From the NCBI RefSeq assembly GCF_013315695.1, contig NZ_CP054353.1: a stretch of DNA of 64,000 bases, one strand, 5' to 3'. This DNA comes from Escherichia coli (GTDB lineage: Bacteria > Pseudomonadota > Gammaproteobacteria > Enterobacterales > Enterobacteriaceae). The notes under the pieces were generated by a model. The model was not told the origin of the DNA, ran no database searches, and saw only the letters and a list, made by a program, of their open reading frames with translations. Both the position numbers and the translations under genes were made by a program. The first letter of the stretch is position 1. Every line of letters begins with the position of its first letter. Of this stretch, positions 1 through 12,923 are shown one piece after another.

Positions 1-609
1 GCTGCGTTCGTGCGCTTCGTCAATAATGATGGTGTCGTACTGCATCAGCAGGCGGTCTTGCTGGATCTCTGCCAGCAGGATACCGTCGGTCATCAGCTTG
101 ACCATCGTGTTATCACTTACGTGATCGCTGAAACGCACTTTGTAACCGATGCAACCGCCCGGCTCCGTTTTCAGCTCTTCCGCAATACGGTTAGCCACCG
201 TTCGTGCCGCCAGGCGACGCGGTTGGGTATGACCGATCAGCCCTTTAATACCGCGCCCCAGCTCCATACAGATTTTCGGTAGCTGAGTCGTTTTACCGGA
301 ACCGGTTTCCCCGGCGACGATCACCACCTGGTGATCACGAATCGCGTCGAGAATGTCCTGCTTTTTCTGACTAACCGGCAAATTGTCGGGATAAGTGATT
401 TCCGGTCGTGCCGCTTCACGCAGCAGTACTTTCCCTGCCGCCTGGTCAATCTCTTTCGCCATCTCCTGGAAAATGGCCTGTTGTGCATCAGGATTTTTAA
501 CCTTCTTAACACCGTGCAGACGGCAAGAAAAACGCTGTCTGTCGCGCAGCATCAGCGAATCCAGCCGCTGCTGCAAGGCCGTAAAGGTCAATTTTTGTTG
601 TTCTGTCAT
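1..609 (-). CDS. hrpA: ATP-dependent RNA helicase HrpA, N-terminal part (gene continues beyond window start)
   Basis: Reverse-strand translation from ATG at 607-609 reads MTEQQKLTFTALQQRLDSLMLRDRQRF... with the GETGSGKT Walker A motif; divergent from azoR as in K-12. Not in ORF track because it runs off the window edge. Confidence 0.9.
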   Translation of the reverse strand, partial: MTEQQKLTFTALQQRLDSLMLRDRQRFSCRLHGVKKVKNPDAQQAIFQEMAKEIDQAAGKVLLREAARPEITYPDNLPVSQKKQDILDAIRDHQVVIVAGETGSGKTTQLPKICMELGRGIKGLIGHTQPRRLAARTVANRIAEELKTEPGGCIGYKVRFSDHVSDNTMVKLMTDGILLAEIQQDRLLMQYDTIIIDEAHERS

Positions 610-800
610 AACGTTAGTGGGCAGTAGGCTGCCTGATTAATTTTCTTTTAAATGATAGATATAGAGTACCACATCGCGGCTTTCTATGCGTTGTTCAATA
701 AATTCGAACATAGGCTTCGATTTATTGCGCTATCTCTGTGGCAGGATTGTGAATAAAGTGTCAGCAAGCAACGGGGCATCGCCCATTCAAACATCTATAA

Positions 801-1415
<615 letters not shown>

Positions 1416-1432
1416 CCGGACACGATCTTGAT

Positions 1433-1456
1433 GTGGACTGTAGATATTCAGTCCAC
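1433..1456. terminator. Hairpin between convergent azoR and ynbD (possible bidirectional terminator)
   Basis: Inverted repeat gtggactg / agtccac with 9-nt loop immediately after the azoR stop; no strong T-tract. Confidence 0.3.
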
Positions 1457-1468
1457 ATCTCAATCCGC

Positions 1469-4532
<3,064 letters not shown>

Positions 4533-4547
4533 TTTCTCTATTTTCCT

Positions 4548-5444
4548 TCAGTAACAGCAGTAGCGAATAAAATAAAAAAATACCGGAGCGGTGAAAATTA
4601 ATGAGTCAATCCTGTCAAGGAGTCCGCCATGTCCTGGTAATAGTTTTCCACTATCTTTAACACCAATATCTCGTTTGATGGCTGACATCACTACATCGCC
4701 GCAAAAACCACTTACCCCAATCAGTAACCCCGCCAATAATGCCTGCCAGGCGTTTAAGGGTGTCAATAACGGTCCAATGATCATCGACGCTATCATGGTG
4801 GTGATTACGCCGCCCATCAGACCTTCCAGTGTTTTTCCCGGGCTGACTTTGGGGACCACTTTTCTTCTGCCGCAGGATTTTCCCCATAAATACTGTGCAA
4901 TATCGTTTGACTCGGTTAATGCCAAAAGAAATAACACCAGTAACGCCCCGCCCTGGATATTTGTGGTTGGCAACATTAATAACCAGGCGGCATGACTCAA
5001 GGCGAAAACGGTCATTATCCAGCCACAAAAAATGGCACTCACGGTATGCAGAAAACCAGAGGGGTCACCCACTAAAACTCGCCAGGTGGCTAATATCAGA
5101 AACCCAGCCAAAGGTATAAATAACAGAAACAGCTCAAAGCAATTAAAACCGATAAGCAAATAGTTAAGAGGAATACCCCAATATAACCAACGCGGAAAAT
5201 GTACGGATATAAGCGTACAATATTCTTTCAATGCCAGAAAACTTATCAGCGCAAAAAACGTCAACGTCATCCAGCGTGGACCTGAAATCACCATTGAAAA
5301 ACAAATGACGATGCCCCACCAGGTACGAATACGTAATGTAACCTCACCCCCTTTTCCCTCCGGTAACCGCCATATCAGAAAACGGTTTATCAGCGTTGCT
5401 AAAATTAACAACGCGAAAAGTGTTGCCAGAGATTTTTCCAGCAT
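4548..5444 (-). CDS. ynbB: CDP-diglyceride synthetase (CdsA)-like membrane protein
   Basis: 298-aa polytopic membrane ORF; ATG at 5442-5444 overlaps the ynbA stop by 1 nt (operon coupling). Confidence 0.85.
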   Translation of the reverse strand: MLEKSLATLFALLILATLINRFLIWRLPEGKGGEVTLRIRTWWGIVICFSMVISGPRWMTLTFFALISFLALKEYCTLISVHFPRWLYWGIPLNYLLIGFNCFELFLLFIPLAGFLILATWRVLVGDPSGFLHTVSAIFCGWIMTVFALSHAAWLLMLPTTNIQGGALLVLFLLALTESNDIAQYLWGKSCGRRKVVPKVSPGKTLEGLMGGVITTMIASMIIGPLLTPLNAWQALLAGLLIGVSGFCGDVVMSAIKRDIGVKDSGKLLPGHGGLLDRIDSLIFTAPVFFYFIRYCCY

Positions 5445-6049
5445 TATCTTTCAGCACTCATCAGGAGCACACTTCGACAACGATTAATCGCAGTCCAGAG
5501 AAGCAAAATTGAAGCAATGCTCCATAAAAGATTATTCCATTGCATCCACTGTGGATAAATGGCAACAGCCAGCCCCCACAACCCAAATATTAACGCACGA
5601 TCGCTTTTGCCGAATGGACCGGCATAACTGCGAATACCGTTAATCGTCTGCGCGAGTAAACCGCAAAACTCAGTTAATATGGTGCAAAATAACATGAGTA
5701 TTACGAGTGATGCGTTACTTTCCGGTAAAAATAAAAACGGTAAATAAAGCGCAATATCGGAAATAACATCGCCAGTTTCATTCAAAATCGCCCCAAGACG
5801 TGTTTGCTGATTGCACTCACGCGCCATCATGCCATCCAGCGCATTGAGCGCCATACGGATAAAAAGCACGATAGGCAATAGCAAAAAGAGGATGGGTTGT
5901 GCCACCAACATCAACAGCAATCCGGTAAGAAGAGAAAGCGCCAGTGCAGCAAGAGTGATGTGATTCGCTGTAACATGGTGCTTATTAAGCCAAAACATCG
6001 TCGGCCTTAACAGCGACTGAAAGAGCGGTTTTATCTGGTAGAGCGTCAT
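5444..6049 (-). CDS. ynbA: CDP-alcohol phosphatidyltransferase-family membrane protein
   Basis: ORF track 5444..6055; ATG at 6047-6049 gives 201 aa (MTLYQIKPL...); CDP-alcohol phosphatidyltransferase-like motif region DGMMARE. Confidence 0.8.
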   Translation of the reverse strand: MTLYQIKPLFQSLLRPTMFWLNKHHVTANHITLAALALSLLTGLLLMLVAQPILFLLLPIVLFIRMALNALDGMMARECNQQTRLGAILNETGDVISDIALYLPFLFLPESNASLVILMLFCTILTEFCGLLAQTINGIRSYAGPFGKSDRALIFGLWGLAVAIYPQWMQWNNLLWSIASILLLWTAINRCRSVLLMSAER

Positions 6050-6219
6050 TATCAATCCTTGATAATTCGGTTTGCGCTATGGTGCATCAATTCCCCTGAC
6101 GGAGATATCGCAACACGCCGCTTCATTAAAAATTCAGAATATATCAAGGTATTGGGGACTCACCGTCAGGAATGATTATCCCCAATAAATCAAGTGGTTA
6201 AAAATTATTACGCTGTTAT

Positions 6220-6597
6220 TCAATACAACTCATTAAGTTTTCTCATCGCTTGTTCCCGTATTGCGCGCGTCTTACCGTTAAGCGCCAGCTGGCGGACTAA
6301 ATCCAGTTCAGGGTTAACAAGCTCTAACGCCAGCAAAGGATCACGTTTCAGCCTCGCCTTCAATACATCAACTGGGAAACGGGGATCATTCATCGCCATA
6401 ATCCACCACTCGGGATCAATTTCTGCCGCTAGTGCCGCAGACGGTGTATGGCGATTGTTAAGTGCGCCGAACTTGAAAAATGTAAGATTGCTTTTCGCCA
6501 GCGTACTCCACCATATACGATCCGGTTGTTTTGCCAGTTTATCCAGTTGCGCTAATGCATCGGAGTCAAGTGCATAATAAACACGTAACGCTTCGTT
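6220..6597 (-). pseudogene. ydbD: 3-prime remnant of ydbD, truncated by IS1
   Basis: Reverse-strand frame is open from the IS1 boundary (6597) to TGA at 6220-6222 (...TNEALRVYYALDSDALAQLDKLAKQPDRIWW...KLNELY*), with no start codon; position matches the gene preceding ynbA in K-12. Confidence 0.6.
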
Positions 6598-6652
6598 GGT
6601 GATGCTGCCAACTTACTGATTTAGTGTATGATGGTGTTTTTGAGGTGCTCCA

Positions 6653-6928
6653 GTGGCTTCTGTTTCTATCAGCTGTCCCTCCTGTTCAGCTACTGACGGG
6701 GTGGTGCGTAACGGCAAAAGCACCGCCGGACATCAGCGCTATCTCTGCTCTCACTGCCGTAAAACATGGCAACTGCAGTTCACTTACACCGCTTCTCAAC
6801 CCGGTACGCACCAGAAAATCATTGATATGGCCATGAATGGCGTTGGATGCCGGGCAACAGCCCGCATTATGGGCGTTGGCCTCAACACGATTTTACGTCA
6901 CTTAAAAAACTCAGGCCGCAGTCGGTAA
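6653..6928 (+). CDS. insA: IS1 InsA (transposition inhibitor / N-terminal part of InsAB transposase)
   Basis: 91-aa [42 protein letters not shown]..., zinc-finger CxxC...CxxC; A6C slippery site ttaaaaaac near its 3-prime end. Confidence 0.95.
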
Positions 6929-7350
6929 CCTCGCGCATACAGCCGGGCAGTGACGTCATCGTCTGCGCGGAAATGGACGAACAGTGGGGCTATGTCGGGG
7001 CTAAATCGCGCCAGCGCTGGCTGTTTTACGCGTATGACAGGCTCCGGAAGACGGTTGTTGCGCACGTATTCGGTGAACGCACTATGGCGACGCTGGGGCG
7101 TCTTATGAGCCTGCTGTCACCCTTTGACGTGGTGATATGGATGACGGATGGCTGGCCGCTGTATGAATCCCGCCTGAAGGGAAAGCTGCACGTAATCAGC
7201 AAGCGATATACGCAGCGAATTGAGCGGCATAACCTGAATCTGAGGCAGCACCTGGCACGGCTGGGACGGAAGTCGCTGTCGTTCTCAAAATCGGTGGAGC
7301 TGCATGACAAAGTCATCGGGCATTATCTGAACATAAAACACTATCAATAA
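6847..7350 (+). CDS. insB: IS1 InsB frame (expressed as InsAB by -1 frameshift)
   Basis: 167-aa ORF in -1 frame relative to insA, ending ...HYLNIKHYQ. Confidence 0.9.
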
Positions 7351-7505
7351 GTTGGAGTCATTACCACTTGAACCGATAATAAACGCAGAAATTCTATTTT
7401 GTAGCTCATTGTTGCCTCCTGTGTGAATTGTTCGAATCTACCAGGCTGCGATGAAAGAAGTCGTGTAGTAGAGAGCTATACCCGCAACAAGCGGGGCAGA
7501 CGTTC

Positions 7506-7829
7506 TTATTTCTGTAACCATTTTCCGTTAATGCCCTGCACATATTCTCCTGATTTAGCGCGAGCTACGAGCTTTTGCCCGGCAAGTTTCGCGATATCAT
7601 CTACCGACACATTATTTTGCTTTGCCAGTTGTTGATAGCTCGCTTTACGTTCGGCATTAATGTCGGTTACTAATTTCTCTGTTTCAGCATCTGTTTTCAG
7701 CGCAACCAGATAACCATAAAATGTTTCCCCTACCCGCCCCTGAGTTCTGGCTTCATCCAGAGTCAATGCCATTACATTGCTGCTTACCAAGCCAACAAGA
7801 AATGCACAAAGAAGTAATGTTCTTTTCAT
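7506..7829 (-). CDS. ydbL: Periplasmic protein YdbL (DUF1318)
   Basis: ORF track 7506..7910; start set at MKRTLLLCAFLVG... signal peptide (107 aa), last gene of ydbH-ynbE-ydbL. Confidence 0.85.
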   Translation of the reverse strand: MKRTLLLCAFLVGLVSSNVMALTLDEARTQGRVGETFYGYLVALKTDAETEKLVTDINAERKASYQQLAKQNNVSVDDIAKLAGQKLVARAKSGEYVQGINGKWLQK

Positions 7830-7836
7830 CATCACC

Positions 7837-8022
7837 TCAAAAAAGATCGCTACGGGTCTCAAGCAGCTCTTCGACATCTTTGTCTGCCTTGATGATGATC
7901 TCATGCTCAATTTTAACGTTCATATTGATAGTGATCGGTTCCTTAGGTGCAGCGACTTCAATGCGAGGCGTACAGCCAACCAGCATAAAAGATGACGTCA
8001 ACGCAGCCAGTAAAATTTTCAT
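7837..8022 (-). CDS. ynbE: Lipoprotein YnbE
   Basis: 61-aa ORF MKILLAALTSSFMLVGC... with lipobox LVGC; overlaps the ydbH stop by 4 nt. Confidence 0.85.
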   Translation of the reverse strand: MKILLAALTSSFMLVGCTPRIEVAAPKEPITINMNVKIEHEIIIKADKDVEELLETRSDLF

Positions 8023-10658
8023 TGTTTTTCCTCACACTCTTTTCCTTGCGGACAGTCATTTCCCGGCAGACGCGCGTTCTGCTCCAGCCATGCCTGGAGA
8101 TTATCGCCAAAGCGTAAACTGCGCCACAGCGTAAAAATATTCTCTTCATGATGGTAATTAAGATTTACCGTACCGCTTTTACCATCAACGCGACTGGTAC
8201 CTGTAATGTTGGCCTGCATGGTTAATAAACCGAGATTATCTAAATTAATTTTTGTCGATGAACGGCTAATTTCCATATAGCGCAACCAGTTAATTGCTGA
8301 ACCCGCGGTCATATTGTCTTTCACCACCGCATCTGCGGTGTCTTTATCCAGCCGCAAGGTCATCGGCCCGCTATTTGCCAGCCAGCCGTCTTTCACTATC
8401 CATTTTTCGTTGTTTAGCCATAACGGCAATGCACCACTAAATGCCCCGGACATGGCGAATTGTTTCGGATTGACGGCGCTAACCAGTTCGCTGGAGGAAA
8501 GATTATTCAGCCGCAACAGCGCCGGGTCATGTTGCGGCATACGTAATTGTTTCATCAGCACGTTACCGCCTAACACATCAACGCTAACATCAGTCAACAG
8601 CAATGGTTCTTCTTCAGTCCACGGATAACGACCTTGCAAATCAGCCGTAATATTTTTCGCTGTCACCAGATTAATCACTTCGGCAATTCGCAACGTAACG
8701 GGGCCGCGAGTCCCCAGATGCCAGGCTCCATCGGCAAAACGGAAAGGCAGGACAAAATCGACACCGTTAACCTGATTATCTGGCATCCAGGCACTACCGC
8801 CTTTCAACACACCGTGCCCTCCCGCGCGGAATCCTTGTTCAGGCGCAGCAGAAAATGCGACCTGGGCATATAGTTCGCCATCGCGTAAGTTCATCTTCCA
8901 GTCGGGTGGCACCAGCGGCTGGAATACGGTCAGTGATTGTTTAGGCCACCAGGCGTTACCGCGCAGACGAATACCGTCCCAGCGACCATTTACCCGAACC
9001 GGGCCAATCTCACCAGCATGTAAATCGCCTTTAAAGAGGAAATACGTCGGATCGCGTCCATCGACGCTAAATTTTAAGGTTGATGGCGGTAACACACTGC
9101 CGCCAGTGAACAGCGTTTGCCCGGCGTCCAGTGACAGCGCGCCGCTAAAGGAGGGATGCTGTGCGTCACGTACCCAGACGACGGGCTTGTCGAGAATTAG
9201 TCGCGGCTTTTCAACCGTCATCGTACCGTATTGTAACTGGTCGAAACCGGTGGAGAGATCGGTCAGCGTAATCGTGCTGTCATGCCACTCACCCTTTCCT
9301 GCGACATCCCAGGTGGCATTCATCGGTGTAAAACTGCCTTTTCCCCAGTAGCGCCACTGCCAGCGGCCAGCGTCAGGGAGAAAATCATTCGCCAGTCCAT
9401 CCATATGCAGCACGAAATCGCCCAGTTCATTTTCATGCGCCTGCAAAATGGCCTGCAAACGTCCGTCAACACCACGTTGGGTGACTTTTACACCCGCTAA
9501 AGGCCAGCGGATTTCATCGATGTCCAGCGAATCAATGACTCTTCCCTTTGAACGAAGTAACGCGCCTGGCTCAAAGGTCAACGTTGGGTCAGACAGACTT
9601 CCACTTAGCTGCGCAGGTAAACGGGCATATAAAATGAGGTCCGCCTGTTTCGCTTCACCGGTCAGTTGCATAGGCAGCTGGCTGTTATCCATGCTTAATT
9701 TTCCTGGGCCAAAATTAAGCACCGCGTTGCCTTTACCCGCTTGCCCCTGGGTCAGCACACTCAGTCGTCCGCTGACCAGAGCGTTCTCGAGCCCTGCCTG
9801 CCAGTTGTCGACTTTGACACCCAGTCGGCCACTCAAAGGAAAACCTGCATACGGCCAGCTCCAGCGACCATCGCTTACGGTCAATTGTTGACGAGTAATT
9901 TGCCACGGCAAATCGAGCAACGGATCGCCGTTATCCCGTGCCAGCACGATCAATTGCCCGCTATTTTCCTGCCAGTCCAGCTCTGCATCCACCAGTGACG
10001 GTTCCTGCGGCAAGTTTAACGTCGCAGTAGCATGCCCACTTACCGGAAGTCCATCCGGCACGAGCGGCATAGTAAATTCCCCCTCCAGTTTAACCGGCGG
10101 CTGATTTTCAAACGCGACGACATCCAGTTCGCTGACTGTAAGTTGTTGCCCTTTCAGCTGGCCTTGAAATTTAACTTTTTCGCCCTGATAACGCAGTTGC
10201 TGGATATCGGAGGTTAATGCGAGAGAGAGTTTTCCCTGCCATTCCTGCCAGGGAGAAAAAATCAGTTTATCGATATTGATCCAAGTGTTAGGCAACATGG
10301 CCTGCCACTGCGCGAGGTTTTTTGGAGCGGCTGGCGATTGCTCCGTCTGCGGCAATTTCGCCAGACAAGTAGAATCAAGTTCTACCGTGCCGACGTTCAA
10401 TAACCAGCGGCTGGGATGTGAAAGGCTGGCGTTGGTGATATGCGCAAGCTGACAATCTCCCACCAGATAACGGAGATCGGGAATGATTAAACCTTTACGC
10501 GTAATGCGTGGGCTTTCATCTAATGCAATACGTGTCCCGAGCGGTAGCCAGATGCCCGCCAGCGTGGGAACCCACAGCCCGAGCGTCATCAGCAGCGTCA
10601 ACGGCACAAGAATAATCAGTAATAACAGCGCGAGAACGGCTTTATATTTACCCAGCAT
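8019..10658 (-). CDS. ydbH: AsmA/TamB-like large envelope protein YdbH
   Basis: 879-aa ORF with N-terminal TM anchor (MLGKYKAVLALLLLIILVPL...); divergent from ldhA as in K-12. Confidence 0.9.
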   Translation of the reverse strand: MLGKYKAVLALLLLIILVPLTLLMTLGLWVPTLAGIWLPLGTRIALDESPRITRKGLIIPDLRYLVGDCQLAHITNASLSHPSRWLLNVGTVELDSTCLAKLPQTEQSPAAPKNLAQWQAMLPNTWINIDKLIFSPWQEWQGKLSLALTSDIQQLRYQGEKVKFQGQLKGQQLTVSELDVVAFENQPPVKLEGEFTMPLVPDGLPVSGHATATLNLPQEPSLVDAELDWQENSGQLIVLARDNGDPLLDLPWQITRQQLTVSDGRWSWPYAGFPLSGRLGVKVDNWQAGLENALVSGRLSVLTQGQAGKGNAVLNFGPGKLSMDNSQLPMQLTGEAKQADLILYARLPAQLSGSLSDPTLTFEPGALLRSKGRVIDSLDIDEIRWPLAGVKVTQRGVDGRLQAILQAHENELGDFVLHMDGLANDFLPDAGRWQWRYWGKGSFTPMNATWDVAGKGEWHDSTITLTDLSTGFDQLQYGTMTVEKPRLILDKPVVWVRDAQHPSFSGALSLDAGQTLFTGGSVLPPSTLKFSVDGRDPTYFLFKGDLHAGEIGPVRVNGRWDGIRLRGNAWWPKQSLTVFQPLVPPDWKMNLRDGELYAQVAFSAAPEQGFRAGGHGVLKGGSAWMPDNQVNGVDFVLPFRFADGAWHLGTRGPVTLRIAEVINLVTAKNITADLQGRYPWTEEEPLLLTDVSVDVLGGNVLMKQLRMPQHDPALLRLNNLSSSELVSAVNPKQFAMSGAFSGALPLWLNNEKWIVKDGWLANSGPMTLRLDKDTADAVVKDNMTAGSAINWLRYMEISRSSTKINLDNLGLLTMQANITGTSRVDGKSGTVNLNYHHEENIFTLWRSLRFGDNLQAWLEQNARLPGNDCPQGKECEEKQ

Positions 10659-10865
10659 GGGTAGTTAATATCCTGATTTAGCGAAAAATTAAGCATTCAA
10701 TACGGGTATTGTGGCATGTTTAACCGTTCAGTTGAAGGTTGCGCCTACACTAAGCATAGTTGTTGATGAATTTTTCAATATCGCCATAGCTTTCAATTAT
10801 ATTTGAAATTTTGTAAGATATTTTTAGTAGCTTAAATGTGATTCAACATCACTGGAGAAAGTCTT

Positions 10866-11855
10866 ATGAAACTCGCCGTTTATAGCACAAAACAGTACGA
10901 CAAGAAGTACCTGCAACAGGTGAACGAGTCCTTTGGCTTTGAGCTGGAATTTTTTGACTTTCTGCTGACGGAAAAAACCGCTAAAACTGCCAATGGCTGC
11001 GAAGCGGTATGTATTTTCGTAAACGATGACGGCAGCCGCCCGGTGCTGGAAGAGCTGAAAAAGCACGGCGTTAAATATATCGCCCTGCGCTGTGCCGGTT
11101 TCAATAACGTCGACCTTGACGCGGCAAAAGAACTGGGGCTGAAAGTAGTCCGTGTTCCAGCCTATGATCCAGAAGCCGTTGCTGAACACGCCATCGGTAT
11201 GATGATGACGCTGAACCGCCGTATTCACCGCGCGTATCAGCGTACCCGTGACGCCAACTTCTCTCTGGAAGGTCTGACCGGCTTTACTATGTATGGCAAA
11301 ACGGCAGGCGTTATCGGTACCGGTAAAATCGGTGTGGCGATGCTGCGCATTCTGAAAGGTTTTGGTATGCGTCTGCTGGCGTTCGATCCGTATCCAAGTG
11401 CGGCGGCGCTGGAACTCGGTGTAGAGTATGTCGATCTGCCAACCCTGTTCTCTGAATCAGACGTTATCTCTCTGCACTGCCCGCTGACACCGGAAAACTA
11501 CCACCTGTTGAACGAAGCCGCCTTCGATCAGATGAAAAATGGCGTGATGATCGTCAATACCAGTCGCGGTGCATTGATTGATTCTCAGGCAGCAATTGAA
11601 GCGCTGAAAAATCAGAAAATTGGTTCGTTGGGTATGGACGTGTATGAAAACGAACGCGATCTGTTCTTTGAAGATAAATCCAACGACGTAATCCAGGATG
11701 ACGTATTCCGTCGTCTGTCTGCCTGCCACAACGTGCTGTTTACCGGGCACCAGGCATTCCTGACAGCAGAAGCTCTGACCAGTATTTCTCAGACTACGCT
11801 GCAAAACTTAAGCAATCTGGAAAAAGGCGAAACCTGCCCGAACGAACTGGTTTAA
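10866..11855 (+). CDS. ldhA: Fermentative D-lactate dehydrogenase (NAD-dependent)
   Basis: 329-aa ORF MKLAVYSTKQYDKKYLQQVNESFGFELEFF... with GxGxxG NAD-binding motif (GVIGTGKIG). Confidence 0.97.
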   Translation: MKLAVYSTKQYDKKYLQQVNESFGFELEFFDFLLTEKTAKTANGCEAVCIFVNDDGSRPVLEELKKHGVKYIALRCAGFNNVDLDAAKELGLKVVRVPAYDPEAVAEHAIGMMMTLNRRIHRAYQRTRDANFSLEGLTGFTMYGKTAGVIGTGKIGVAMLRILKGFGMRLLAFDPYPSAAALELGVEYVDLPTLFSESDVISLHCPLTPENYHLLNEAAFDQMKNGVMIVNTSRGALIDSQAAIEALKNQKIGSLGMDVYENERDLFFEDKSNDVIQDDVFRRLSACHNVLFTGHQAFLTAEALTSISQTTLQNLSNLEKGETCPNELV

Positions 11856-11863
11856 TCTTGCCG

Positions 11864-11890
11864 CTCCCCTGCATTCCAGGGGAGCTTATT
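11864..11890 (+). terminator. Putative ldhA terminator hairpin
   Basis: Stem ctcccctg / caggggag with 5-nt loop, 8 nt after the ldhA stop, followed by cttattc. Confidence 0.4.
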
Positions 11891-11965
11891 CAGATAATCC
11901 CCAAAGACCTTTCATCCTCTATTCTTAAAATAGCCCTGAGTCAGAAACTGTAATTGAGAACCACA

Positions 11966-12388
11966 ATGAAGAAAGTAGCCGCGTTTGTTGCGCTAAGCCT
12001 GCTGATGGCGGGATGTGTAAGTAATGACAAAATTGCTGTAACCCCAGAACAGCTACAGCATCATCGCTTTGTGCTGGAAAGCGTAAACGGTAAGCCCGTG
12101 ACCAGCGATAAAAATCCGCCAGAAATCAGCTTTGGTGAAAAAATGATGATTTCCGGCAGCATGTGTAACCGCTTTAGCGGTGAAGGCAAACTGTCTAATG
12201 GTGAACTGACAGCCAAAGGACTGGCAATGACCCGTATGATGTGCGCCAACCCACAGCTTAATGAACTCGATAACACCATTAGCGAAATGCTGAAAGAAGG
12301 TGCACAAGTGGATCTGACCGCGAACCAGTTAACGCTGGCGACCGCGAAACAGACATTAACTTATAAGCTGGCGGATTTAATGAATTAA
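11966..12388 (+). CDS. hslJ: Heat-shock lipoprotein HslJ
   Basis: ORF track 11954..12388; ATG at 11966 gives MKKVAAFVALSLLMAGC... (140 aa) with lipobox. Confidence 0.9.
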   Translation: MKKVAAFVALSLLMAGCVSNDKIAVTPEQLQHHRFVLESVNGKPVTSDKNPPEISFGEKMMISGSMCNRFSGEGKLSNGELTAKGLAMTRMMCANPQLNELDNTISEMLKEGAQVDLTANQLTLATAKQTLTYKLADLMN

Positions 12389-12651
12389 TAGCTGCCACAG
12401 CTCCCGGCGGCAAGTGACTGTTCGCTACAGCGTTTGCCGTTGGGTAATGCACACATCCCAATCGCCGTACCATCCAGTTGACGGGCAACAGAAAGCGAAC
12501 CGCCGATCATTGCACAATTTGCTTCTCCACTACTGGACATCGACGCTTTTAAACCTGGCGCTACGTGCGCCGCAGTCGCCTGCTGAACAGGTTCACTATT
12601 ACACGCCGACAATAATAAAGCGGCACACCCTACCCAAAACGCTGCTCGCAT
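12385..12651 (-). CDS. ydbJ: Small periplasmic/lipoprotein YdbJ (DUF333)
   Basis: 88-aa ORF MRAAFWVGCAALLLSACNSEPVQ...; convergent with hslJ, 4-nt overlap. Confidence 0.85.
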   Translation of the reverse strand: MRAAFWVGCAALLLSACNSEPVQQATAAHVAPGLKASMSSSGEANCAMIGGSLSVARQLDGTAIGMCALPNGKRCSEQSLAAGSCGSY

Positions 12652-12923
12652 CTTTTCTTCCTCTGATCTTCAAGCCAAACGACACCGCCATAAATAATAG
12701 GCAGCACAGAGGGCGACGTCGAGAGCTGTCCTGCGCGTTGCCCCGCATTTTTACTTTTTTATGGCTATTTTTTGCCCTCTGTTTGATCAAAACATTCATT
12801 ACGCTGATGTGGGGGACACAAAAGCGAAAATGCAGAAGAAAGCCATTTGCTAAAATTGAAGGATTACTACTGGGCGCGCAGCAATTTCGTGCGCCCCTCA
12901 TTTGCGCAATGTAAGGGTGTCAT

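Larger units (their letters stand above)
6598..7365 (+). mobile_element. IS1 insertion sequence, copy 1 (768 bp)
   Basis: Canonical IS1 ends: GGTGATGCTGCCAACTTACTGAT at 6598-6620 and ATCAATAAGTTGGAGTCATTACC at 7343-7365; contains insA and insB. No 8-9 bp target duplication in the flanks. Confidence 0.95.

Noticed and set aside
6194-6577. 127-aa plus-strand ORF next to IS1 copy 1
   Set aside because: It is antisense to the ydbD 3-prime remnant, Ser/Ala-rich and has no ribosome-binding site.
6589-7374. Target-site duplications flanking the three IS1 copies
   Set aside because: I compared 8-9 bp on both sides of each copy (also 16775-17560 and 25125-25910) and found no direct repeats, so I did not annotate any.
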